From Felis catus (taxonomy: Eukaryota), in contig NC_058368.1 of NCBI RefSeq assembly GCF_018350175.1, positions 34,846,001 to 34,910,000 on the forward strand: DNA of 64,000 nucleotides, written 5' to 3'. This document shows, piece after piece, positions 53,190-64,000 of the stretch (the stretch's first letter is position 1; every line of letters starts with the position of its first letter). The notes below the pieces were generated by a model. That model was not told the origin of the DNA and did not search any database. It saw nothing but the letters and a program-made list of their open reading frames with translations. The translations under genes and the position numbers were made by a program.

Positions 53190-55639
53190 TTTCTATGCAT
53201 CTATCTAGTGGATATCCTTATATATATTTTTCATGTATCTATCTCCTATCTTGACACATTGGTCTTTATTAACCAAGAAGAAGAATTATCTTTCCTTTCA
53301 AATTGTCCCATTTTCCACAGTCATTTTTAAACAAAGACAGTTTTATTTCCTTGAAATGCTAACTGCTAATAAGTGAAATATGTTTCTATCACTTTCTTGT
53401 TACTATTAAATTGCTCATTTTTAATGCAAGTAAACACAGGGATAAAAAGTTTTATCCTTCATGTTACAAGTTTTTGCACTAGATTTTCCAATGTAATGTG
53501 TTCTAAAATTATTAGAGAAGATATTTTGGTAAACACTGGAAACTTACTTTCATTTCATCCCATAAATATATAACTATATCTATAAGTAAATATTTTATTC
53601 ATGTTATATTTTAACTATGAATATAAATCAATGGATTATAAATAAAATATCTATGCATATGAGACCATGTGCATAATTTTGCTTGTATATTTTAGGTTTT
53701 CCTATTTTACTATCAGTCATAACTTCTGAATACATATTAAGCTAAGTATTTCTCAGTTTGTTCACAGGTTGTTTTATTTGTAAAAAGAAAGTTTAATATT
53801 TAACTGTCAGTTAAAATATTGATACTGTCTAACACTGAAACACCATTCATTATTTTTTTCTGAGTCAAATCAGAAATAATTGTTTTTCTGAATTCTTAAA
53901 ACTCTATAATCCAAGTTTTTGGCTGGAGGTTTGGAATCACTTAACATAATTAAAAGAAGCACAGTGTAGTCGTGGCTATCAGTTTCTGTCACAGGGAGGA
54001 ACTCTGTTGCCTTTGCCTGGGGTGGATATTTTCATTGGTTTACCTCTCTTAAATTCTATTTCAAAGCTGCACACTAAAGTGTTGCCTGATCAGGTAAAAC
54101 TGAAACTGCAGTTTTGAATACTGTTAATGATTGGGGTATTAGAAATCCACCAATCCCAAACTCAGAAGTTACTTGAGTAGTAATTTACAAGAAGGCCAGA
54201 GTGCTCAGCTCCTTTAGTGATCATAACTCTCAGGTGGAAATGTGGGCCCTAGATGTATTATGTTCTACTTGTGTTTGTTTTTAAAATAAATTTTGGAAAG
54301 CTAAATCTTCTTTCCTGTCCTAGAGGTATTTCTTAGATACAGGTGTTAAGTCTTTTGCCATGGTACTTCTGAGGGCATGCAGGAACATGAAGAAACTTGA
54401 CCGGTTTTTGCCCAGTTTGAATAGCCATTCGTTGCAGGAATAATAGATATGATTCTCATTTGGGGTGAGAAGTTGAATTAAAGGATCTCCAGCACCTAGA
54501 AATCCTAAGACTATAATATTCTTTAATGCATGTGAAGAAAAAGTGGAGTTCAGCATATGTGGGGAAGGTAGAAAAAATATAACAAGTTAGAAGCAGGTAA
54601 TACACAATTTAATAATGACCATCATTATGCACCTCACACCAATTTACCATCGTTTTAATTTTAGGAAGCTGTTGTTTACACTGGCCTCTTCAGGAGCCCA
54701 GTTCTCTTCTCAATCAGATTCTAGCAGAGGCCAGAAAGAAAGTACCATTTTCAAGATCTCTTGTGTCCAAAAAGCCATCCTGCCTCAGTTTCTTGATACA
54801 AAGTCAAGAAACAGACTGAAGCTATTTCCCCCCAAGTCCCTTCATTAAACCCCAAACTTCTGAGAAATATGGCTAAACAAGATGATCATGAAGGTATCTA
54901 ACCTATTATGATTCTAAAAATCCTTTCTTCTCCCCAAGTTTAAGTCCATGCACCCTGGAGTGGAGAGAATCAAGTTCATTATGTTGTTTATCCCAGGTAA
55001 CTATAAAAAGTGGGAACTTCTAAGTTCACACCCAACAATTAGCTACTTTTCTATCTTTACTACTGTGAGTGTAATTGGATTTGAATGAACAGGATAAATA
55101 TAAGAGCAGTCTCTATCTGGGTGGCTGAAAAATTCAATAACCTGAATCCAATGTGAGCATTATCCAATCCAATGTGTGCTTTTTTTTGTCAAAAATAATA
55201 AAAATATTATGGAAAATATAACAAACTCATATTAATGTCAACATCCTTATAAATTAATCTCTGCATCACTATTTTATATATATATGTCTCATAACTGTAA
55301 CTGATTTTATTTGAAGTATTTTCTGTGTTTTTTATTTCTTCTGGTCCTCTTTTTAAAAAAAAATACTTAGCTCATAAGTAACAGGTAAGTATTTAATATA
55401 TGAATACTGCCTGAGGTTATTGACAAAATGAATGAATGAAATAGATAACTGGCATAACTACAAAATCTAATTCTAATTTTATAGTTTTTAAATATAATTT
55501 GGACTACTTATGTCATTATAAGCTTAAAAAATCAACAATTTATATCTCAGAGTACTAACAGATAGAGATTTCCAGCTTTCCTACTATTTAAAGGAAGAGA
55601 GGACTATTTTCCAGTACAAGAATAATCCTTCTCATACTT

Positions 55640-57200
55640 GAGATTCCATAGCCTCGTACCTGTATCTAAATTATTTCCATTCTTATTAATTTCTTTTTTT
55701 TTTCAATGTGTAAAACTGCACATTAACTACAACATCAAAAACAAAAGTGTCTCCTCTTTTCTCATCCCTCTGGCTAGAATCTGTCTTTTCTGTCCAATAA
55801 TTAAGCTTTTAATCTGTCCTTTCCTTCTTAACACCATCAAAATGCATAAATGTATTATTATTGCCAAAATCAAGGAATACATTTCAATTCCAATCTGACC
55901 TAATCTCTCTATGGTATATGAAACTGAAGTTCACTTTTGTTTTTGACACTATGACCTATCATCAGTGTCTCTTGGCTGTCATCATCTTTTTCCTGGATTT
56001 TCCTTCCATTTAAAAGTTTTCTGACTATACAAAATTTTTTTCACTCTTTTAACTATTACCTTTTTCTTCTATCTTCCATTTTTTTCTTCTAGTCTAATTT
56101 CAGTTTACACTCTTATTAAAAAAGCTTTTTTTAACGTTTATTTTTAAGAGAGAGACAGAGTGAGAGAGGGAGAGGAACAGAGAGGAAGGGAGGCCCAGAA
56201 TCTGAAGCTGTGCTGACAGCTCAGAGCCCCATGCAGCTTTGAACTCGTAAACCGTGAGATCATGACCTGAGCCGAAGTCTGATGAAGTCAGACGCTTAAC
56301 AGACTGAGCCACCCAGGCACCCCAAAAAAGCTTTAATTCATGACTTTAGTCACCTATAAACGAATGGTTTCCAAATCTGCAACTCCAAGCAAACGTCCCA
56401 CTTGAATTCATGCATTGTATTTTTGTCCCTTTAATGGGTATCTCTGTATATGTATGTTTAAATGATACATATTTGAAAATGAACTCATAACCCCATAACA
56501 CCTTTGGTGAATCTTCCTTTTATATTTATGATCATATTAATGAAAAGTACTTGACTAAATATATTTTCCTCTCCTCATTACTGAAACTCAGTTAGAATAT
56601 ATATTTCCACCTTTCTTTCTCTTAGATGTGGTCATAGGCATTCCAATGAATGTAATAGAAAAGGAAGTAATATATTCTATTTATACATATGGCCCAAAAC
56701 ACTACCCATGCATGCTCCTTTGATGTAATTTTCTTTCAGCTAGAAGGAAACTTGAGACAAAATTGATTGTTATAAATTGTATATCAGGAAAATCTCTGTC
56801 AGTTTAGGGAACTGAATGACTGTGTTGGAAAGAGCTGCCACATGCAATTCCCTTGTATGAGGAACTTTTTATTGTACTTACACTGTTAACAATTTGGGGG
56901 ACTTTAGTAATTTAAATACCCCAAAAATGGAAATATCTAAGCCCAAAACTTGGATGTCATTGTGGACCTCTACTTCTCTGATATAGTCAGTCATGTAGCT
57001 ATAGGCACATACATACATATGTACACACCCATCTATCTATCTATCTTTCTGTCATCTATCTATACATTCATCTCACTTTATTTTTTCCTTTTAGATCCCA
57101 ACCATCATTTAATTCAGGTATCCATCTTTCTTACTTAAAATTTTCAATGGACTCTTAATAAGTCTCCCTGAATATAGCTTCACCATTACTTATCTCTATC
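55640..57200 (+). mobile_element. Fragmented L2 with an inserted SINE and a probable MLT1 piece
   Basis: Pyrimidine-rich L2-like motifs (ccaaatctgcaactccaagc, cccaaaacttggatgtcatt, cttaataagtctccctg). Confidence 0.55.
56129..56323 (-). mobile_element. CanSINE
   Basis: TSD aaaaaagcttt at 56118-56128 and 56324-56334; small internal duplication gaagtctgat/gaagtcagac. Confidence 0.93.
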
Positions 57201-57949
57201 TCCTCTCATGTTTCATAAGTAAATGCTTAGTTATTTAACTCAGCTAATCAACATATTTCAATTTCTATCATTTTTAATTTATGTAATATTTAATGAGTGC
57301 TATGATTCACACATTCTTCGTTAGACTGGCATATAAATAAGTGTAATCCTTAACATTACGGTAGAATTAAACACATAAAAATCACTGTAAGAACACAGAT
57401 CTATCCTTATGGATAGGATAAAAGCTAACCCCTTGACATGGCATGAAAGGACTTAGTGAATTTCCAGGAGATATGAAACAGATGTTTTGAGAGCATTTGG
57501 GAGAAAAAGCAATGATCATTAGGAGCCAGCATGGGATTACAAAGAATAACTTCTTTTTGATAGAGTTAGACTGGCAAATTAGGTGAATTTTATAGACAAA
57601 CTTTGTTGATTTCAGCAAAGCTTTGTGTGTCTTCAGTAAAGTTCTTTCATTGAATCCTAGGAAGAATTTGGAAAAATATTAGTTGAAAGGAAAAATATTA
57701 GAATGCTATTTGACAGATGCATGATAATTAAAGATATTCGTTTGGTTGTTAGTAGGTTCTTCCCACCTGATCCTTTTCAAAAATTTAATAATATGTACGA
57801 AATCATAAAAGACAAGCTAATACAATTTTAAATTTTAAAACTTGATTAAAATGATTAAATTCATTAAGGGGAAGAACCTCAACTCAGAAAAAATATGTCA
57901 TTACATGAGGCCTAAATCAATAAAGATGATAAGATATCTAAAGTATGTT

Positions 57950-58190
57950 TAATATAAAACTTCATGCCAGACATTGTGCTAGATTATTTAAAATATAAAT
58001 TTTCTTCTCACCATCTTAGTGGACTTACAAATTAGGAATTTGTAATGTGTCTCCATTTTATAAATGAAGAATCCCAAGTTCCCACAAGTTAGAAGTTACA
58101 ATTAAAGTCACTCATCCTTTAAAATTGTAAAACTAGTTTGAGATACAGTCTTCTTACTATGAAGAACATGATCTTGCCATCATCAGGCAC
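57950..58190 (-). mobile_element. MIR
   Basis: atgccagacattgtgctag...ctccattttataaatgaagaa. Confidence 0.6.
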
Positions 58191-58354
58191 AACATTTCTG
58201 TTGATATTTAATTAGAGTATGTCTTAAGTTATGTGCTTTACATGTTTGTATTCAAATAATTCATGTCACCAGCACAGCATTGCAGAAATGTGACTTAGCA
58301 ACAGCCATATGAAAAATAAAATAATAGATGACTATAACTTCAAATAGTAGAGAT

Positions 58355-58925
58355 CAAATGCAGTAGGAAATCTTCAGTTGCATGTAATTGAAAACCCAAC
58401 TCAAACTGGCTTAAACCAAAGGAAAATCTATTATCTAAACTAGAATGAAATCCCTAAGTAGGTGGCTCCAGGCTATGTATGATAAATGACTCAGTGATGC
58501 TCCCAAGGTCTGAGCCCTTTTCTACCTCTTCTTGTTGTTTCTTGTACTTCAACCTCCCATTTATGTTTTGCCCTACCTGCACTCAGGTAAAGGTGACTAG
58601 AGGGACTGCAAGAACAGTTTTATGCAGTTCCAGACATTATTTATGAAAACAAACAATCTTATATTTTAGTGTCTCCTTCTCAGAGAAGAGGAATCCTTTC
58701 CCAGAAGATCAGAATAGGTCAGAATTGGCTCAAATGCTCACTCTTAAACACAAAGGAGAACTAGATCCAAAATATTATCTTAGACCATATATTATTTGCT
58801 GTAGAGCTGGAGACGGTGTCACCCTGTCCTAAGTTTTTCTGGGGCAGTAGAGGACATGCAAACAAAATCAGTCTGTCCTACAAAGAGGGAGGAGTGGATG
58901 TTTGACAATCAAAATGTGTACTACA
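58355..58925 (-). mobile_element. MaLR LTR (MLT1J/K/L-like)
   Basis: tcagttgcatgtaattgaaaacccaactcaaactggcttaaac terminus. Confidence 0.7.
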
Positions 58926-59670
58926 CCATCAATATAATATCAGTTACTTCCCCCCAAATTTCAGTCCTATGAGTTATTCACAAAGGTGGTCTCTGATTGT
59001 AAACCAATTACTGCGAGGTGCCTGTAAGTATATGGACTATTCTTGTTTTCACTTTATAGTCAGTCCACATATTTTTGAGATTCAGCACCCAAATTCCTCT
59101 TAATCAAACACATAAATGAGCATTACAGAAGTGGCCGATGATTGTGTAAAGTACTGATGTTTTGGGGGAAAGGGAATGGGTAGTGTTAAATAACTTTCCC
59201 TATAATTAAAAATTAATGTTGTAGGCATAATTAATAAACACAACTTACTTTATTACTATTGTTATTTCTATTATGATTTTATAATTGCCCTTCTCAGCCA
59301 TATAACCCTCAGTCTTCTCTTTTTAAACATCTTCCCCCGGGAGCAAATTTCCTGCAGTGCTGTCCCCAACTCCTACCCACTAAACATTGATGCCAAAACT
59401 CAGCATGGCATGCCAAAACCCTAGCTCTTTAATTAGAATAAATAGCCTTCCTTTAAAGGCTGTTTAGCAACTTTCTTTTTTACTCGAATATGCAACACTC
59501 AGCACCACCATCTGATATTGCTTATCAGAGTATATCTTCCAAATACATAAGGTGTTCTGTCAGAGAGGGAGTCTGAAGAAAGTAAATTTCCATGACATTT
59601 GGTATTTTCCAGTTCACATCAGTGGAATTATGCTTATTACTGGACATCATAATTTAAAAAGACACCATCT

Positions 59671-59884
59671 GGTGTGCGTGGGTGGCTCAGTTGGTTAAGT
59701 GTCCTACTTTGGCTCAGGTCATGATCTCATGGTCCATGGGTTTGAGCCCCACATTGGGTTCTGTGCTGACAGCTCAGAGCCTGGAGCCTGTTTCAGATTC
59801 TGTGTCTCCCTCTCTCTCAGTGCTTCCCCCACTCATGCTCTGCTCTCTCTCAAAAATAAATAAACATTAAAAGAAAAAAAGAAG
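59671..59884 (+). mobile_element. CanSINE
   Basis: TSD aaga(c/t)accatct at 59659-59670 and 59885-59896. Confidence 0.95.
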
Positions 59885-60349
59885 AAGATACCATCTATGC
59901 CAGTGAGGCTTGTGGAAACTACCCCAAATGCTAAGAAAAGTAAATAATCTGAAGATGAAATGACCAATAGAAAAAAAAAACAGTTATTTTCAAATATTTG
60001 AAGAACTAGAAAGACAGAAAATTCAGAGAATGAAATGTAAATCATTTTTAATTGAATATGAATATTCTTCACCTTAGGAGGATTTCTATACACATATACA
60101 AACATATAAACAAAATGTTGGTGAACAACTTTTCAAACTTAGACAATTATTATTTCATAAATTGGTATTTTCTAATGTTTACTGTGTAAGTTTTTCATGT
60201 AATTATATATTTTAAGAGTAGGCTTTTAATCAAAGAGTTTTTGAGCATGGGGATATTTTAATAAAATTTGTTCATTATTAATATTAAGCTGGGACTGGTA
60301 TGTGGAATGGATTTGTTTACAGAAAACCTTGAGACAACTGGACCAGTTG

Positions 60350-60561
60350 TCACTGTGCCTTCCAAAATGGTAGCCAATAGATGCAAGTGACGATTAAATA
60401 GCACTTGAAACGTGGCCAGCATCATTAAAGAACTAGTTTTAGTTGCACTGGATTTAATTAGCTCAAATGTGAATACCCATATGTGTTTAGAAGTTAGCAT
60501 ACTGAACAACAGAGATCTAGCTCCTTTCCATCATTGCAGAAAGTTCTACTGGACAGTCCTG
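60350..60561. mobile_element. hAT-Charlie MITE (MER3/MER33-like)
   Basis: tccaaaatggtagcca...agcacttgaaacgtggc...tttccatcattgcagaaagttctactggacag. Confidence 0.75.
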
Positions 60562-60859
60562 ATTTGATGGATATGAGATAAACACAGACAACAGTGGTGG
60601 GTCTGTGATAGAAAAGGAGCTAACTCATATAAAAATCATTTAAAAGATTGAAGAGCCTTTAAAACTGATTCACAATCGAAGTTTGAATGAATGAAGTCCC
60701 CCAGCTATAAGTTGGATTGGTGACTGAAAAGAAAATCCTTAGAATGTACACTTTAAAGCTACTTAGAAAAAGGTAAACATAAAAATAAAAACTAATAGTG
60801 TTCACATATGCAGTAGCAACAGGTAATTCAGACCTGTAATAATTAATTATTTAATATTC

Positions 60860-61335
60860 AGTCAGTGCTTACTGCATTTGAGCAGTTACTATCTCATTTT
60901 GTTTAATCTTGGATGTAATACTATGATATAGTATAAGCCCAAGGTGTGATATTACTATTATCCCATTGTGTGTATGCAGTAACAAAAATTTAGAAAAGTT
61001 AAATATCATATAGAATATTACATGGCTAGATGATGACAGAGCAGAAATTTCGACTCTCATCTATCCAACATCGGCATCCACATTTTTTTAAATTTTTAAA
61101 TGTTTATTTATTTTTGAGACAAAGAGAGCATAAGTGGAGGAGGGGAAGAGAGAGGGAGACACAGAATCCAAAGCAGGCTCCAGGCTCAGAGCTGTCAGCA
61201 CAGAGCCCAATGCCGGGGTCAAACCCATGAACAGTGAAATCGTGACCTGAGTCGAAGCCAGACACTCCACTAACTGAGCCACCCAGGTGCCCTGGCATCC
61301 ACATTTTTAATTACTAGCCTCCACTGCCTTGTGTT
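60860..61335 (-). mobile_element. MIR interrupted by a SINE
   Basis: tattactattatcccatt...aatattacatggctag...gagcagaaatttcgactc. Confidence 0.6.
61088..61292 (-). mobile_element. CanSINE
   Basis: TSD ggcatccacattttt at 61073-61087 and 61294-61308. Confidence 0.96.
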
Positions 61336-62412
61336 CTGTGTCTTATCTAATACATTATTTCTTTAGTCTTTACTGGTTTGAGAGGCAGCTGCCACCCAAG
61401 GATATGCAGTGCTGTGATCAATTAATACAGATATTTCAAAATATTTAGTAAATCTGATATTCTTGTATTTTCTGAATACATGGCCAAAGCACTTACTTGC
61501 ATTCTGCATAATAAATGTCCAGTATGAATTTACTGAAGGAAAACTAAGCCCTATAATTAATATTAATTATAAATTAAAATATATAGTATTAACATTATAG
61601 TAGCTACTATAAAATAAATTGTATTTTAAGTCGCATTGTAACAACTTTATTTCTTGTGAGTAAAATCCAAGAACTACACAGCTTGTGTATCAATAAATGG
61701 ATCACTGTGGCTACACATATTTTTATTTTATTTTATTTCCAATCTTCTCATGTTTTCACCCCAACTAAAGAAATTATTCAAACTAATCACTATTTCTATT
61801 CCAACCCAAAATGTCCTGCACATGTTAATATGTAATTTGAATTAATAATTTATTACACATTTGCCTTGTGAAAAAGAATAGAACAGTTTGCGATTGTAAC
61901 AAAATGAAATGATTAGGGCTAAAATGTGTTTCTATCTCCCTTGGAACCTAGTAATAGGACACCTTGAAGGAAATCCACTGACTTCTTTGTGTTTCCCTCT
62001 CTGCTAGCAAGCAGCTTGCTTAGAACATAATCTATAGGATTTGCATCTCTCAGAAAGTCTGTTTCAAAAAAAAAAAGTCTGTTTAACATGATTGTTAAAT
62101 AATGTGTTAGGTTGTCAGAAACTTCTATTATTTGGAGGTGAACCCCAGAGTATAAAGAGTAATTTATGTTCAAAGAAAAGAAGTAAATGAGATGTTTGTT
62201 GATGGTATTAGAGACATTATTGATACTTTCCTCTCTGATAATATCCTCAGCAATGGAGGTCACCTTTCCACATCATAACCAGAGCTACAAAAACTATACA
62301 GAGAAGGAAGCATTGTAAAATTGGCAACATTTGCTACCAAAAGGAAGGAAGCAAGAGCTTTGAGACTCCAGAGATATGATGCTTGGAACTGGTAGCAAGA
62401 ATACTATAGACT

Positions 62413-62641
62413 GGGGCGCCTGGGTGGCGCAGTCGGTTAAGCGTCCGACTTCAGCCAGGTCACGATCTCGTTGTCCGGGAGTTCGAGCCCCGCGTCAGGC
62501 TCTGGGCTGATGGCTCAGAGCCTGGAGCCTGTTTCCGATTCTGTGTCTCCCTCTCTCTTTGCCCTTCCCCCGTTCGTGCTCTGTCTCTCTCTGTCCCAAA
62601 AATAAATAAACGTTGAAAAAAAAAATTAAAAAAAAAAAAAA
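62413..62641 (+). mobile_element. Young SINEC_Fc-type SINE
   Basis: CpG-rich with a long A tail. Perfect TSD aagaatactatagac at 62397-62411 and 62642-62656. Confidence 0.97.
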
Positions 62642-64000
62642 AAGAATACTATAGACAGGCAGGTCCTTAAATGGAGGAGAATGTTTTAAGAGAGAGAATG
62701 AGGAGGAATTAAGAGTGAGGAAGTATGTATATGGGTCTCATCCTGAATACTTAAGTCCTTGGTCTCTTCTGGGTACAAACAAGGTAAAACCAGGCCTAAC
62801 TTGTCTACTCATCTTCTCCCAGGACCATAAAACTTTGGTACAATTCCAGGATGCTTAGGGAAATAAATATTTCAACTTGTATTACTGTTCACTAGTGAAA
62901 ATTAAAATTCTTTTTTTTGTCAAACCTGAGAAACAGCAAGAGTATGTGACTTGGTAATTTTTTTTTGAAGTTTGAGAATTTTCTGATAGTTTCTTGGAGG
63001 GGAAAAAAAAAGGAAGAAAAATTTATAACTGGTGTCTCTACTAGTTAGCCCCTATCTGACACTAGTAAAAAATAAAACTTTCTTGCTCAGTATATCTGAT
63101 CAAGAACCACAGATGCACTGCGTATTTGTTACTTACTGCAGTGTATTGAGAGCCACAGGTTCATAGTTTATTATTTCTGATTAAAGATCCACAGGTTGCT
63201 TGAGGTGGCAACCTCAAGTGATGGCTCCACAATATCATGACCTAGGTGAACTCATATTATTAAAAGGTAGGATAGTTGCTTATCCTGCAATGTAAACCAA
63301 GAGCTTGGGCCTATCTTCATGATCTTAAGCAAACAATTTATTTCACGTGTACTTAAGTTCTTTCCCTACAAATTTTTGTTAAATTGTCTCATGATTTAGT
63401 CTTCCTGCTGGTTCTGTTGTGAGCAAAACTTTCACACATACTTAAGATAAATTTGTCTATGACGTTTCTTTTAAGAGGGGGTAGGTATTCCATATGGGAT
63501 CATTCAGGACAACTCCAGGATAATTCTCCAGCGGTTGTCAGAAAGGACATTGACTTCACCTTCAGTAAAGATTTGGTGGCAAGAAGAAACCTCCTACAAA
63601 CTGCCTACCCAGTAATCACCCCATCTGACAATCTGACCCAATAGGCTTGTCTACCTCCGCACACCTTCCACAGGACTAGGATTCATAAAATATGGTATGT
63701 GCCGTGAAATTTAAATTCGAAATAGAGCAATTTTTTTACTATAATGCATAAGATATATTTAAAAAGTATTTACTGCTTATCTGAAATTCATTTAACTGGA
63801 GTGCTCTAGTCACAGATCAGAGAAGGAAGTAGCCTGGAAACAGGTTATATAACTTTCCTAACAATCTTTCAAGCAGGGAAATGACATCCTTCAAAACATT
63901 TCCTTTGGAGAAATAAGTAGGAAGAAGTGGAGCTAGAGCCACTAGAACAAAAAGAGAGGCATTGTAAAAGTAGTAAGAAGACCACAGAGGTTAGAATTGG

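Larger units (their letters stand above)
57420..59150 (+). mobile_element. L3/CR1 reverse-transcriptase fossil with later insertions
   Basis: aggagccagcatgggattacaaag (RSQHGITK), ttctttttgatagagtt (FDRV), gatttcagcaaagct (DFSKA). Confidence 0.75.

Noticed and set aside
53795..53820. Palindrome tttaactg-t-cagttaaa
   Set aside because: Short and AT-rich; expected by chance.
1610..61304. Recurring ORF family MAQSVKRPTS/MAQLV...LGSVLTAQSLEP
   Set aside because: These are translations of CanSINE copies, not a gene family.
61919..62263. 114-aa minus-strand ORF with an acceptor-like site near 62060
   Set aside because: Non-ATG start, no recognisable domain and a weak donor.

Overview
This is eukaryotic DNA: AT-rich, CpG-poor and mammalian. 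About 28 tRNA-derived CanSINE copies, including young CpG-rich SINEC_Fc-type ones, point to a carnivoran genome, most likely a felid. I find no supportable protein-coding exon, RNA gene or CRISPR array. The supplied ORFs are SINE, L1 or microsatellite read-throughs, or chance ORFs. The window looks intronic or intergenic and holds layered transposon fossils (SINEC, L1 of several ages, L2, L3/CR1, MIR, MaLR/ERVL LTRs, Tigger and hAT DNA elements), microsatellites and a few repeat-free blocks that may be regulatory. I do not see a novel biological system. The best structural observations are a probable L1 3' transduction (14100-15480), a perfect 61-bp inverted templated copy inside a decayed L1 (24384-24444 vs 25560-25620) and a three-level nested SINE stack (1291-2011). 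Subfamily names come from recalled consensus sequences, not a database search, and boundaries of old elements are approximate.
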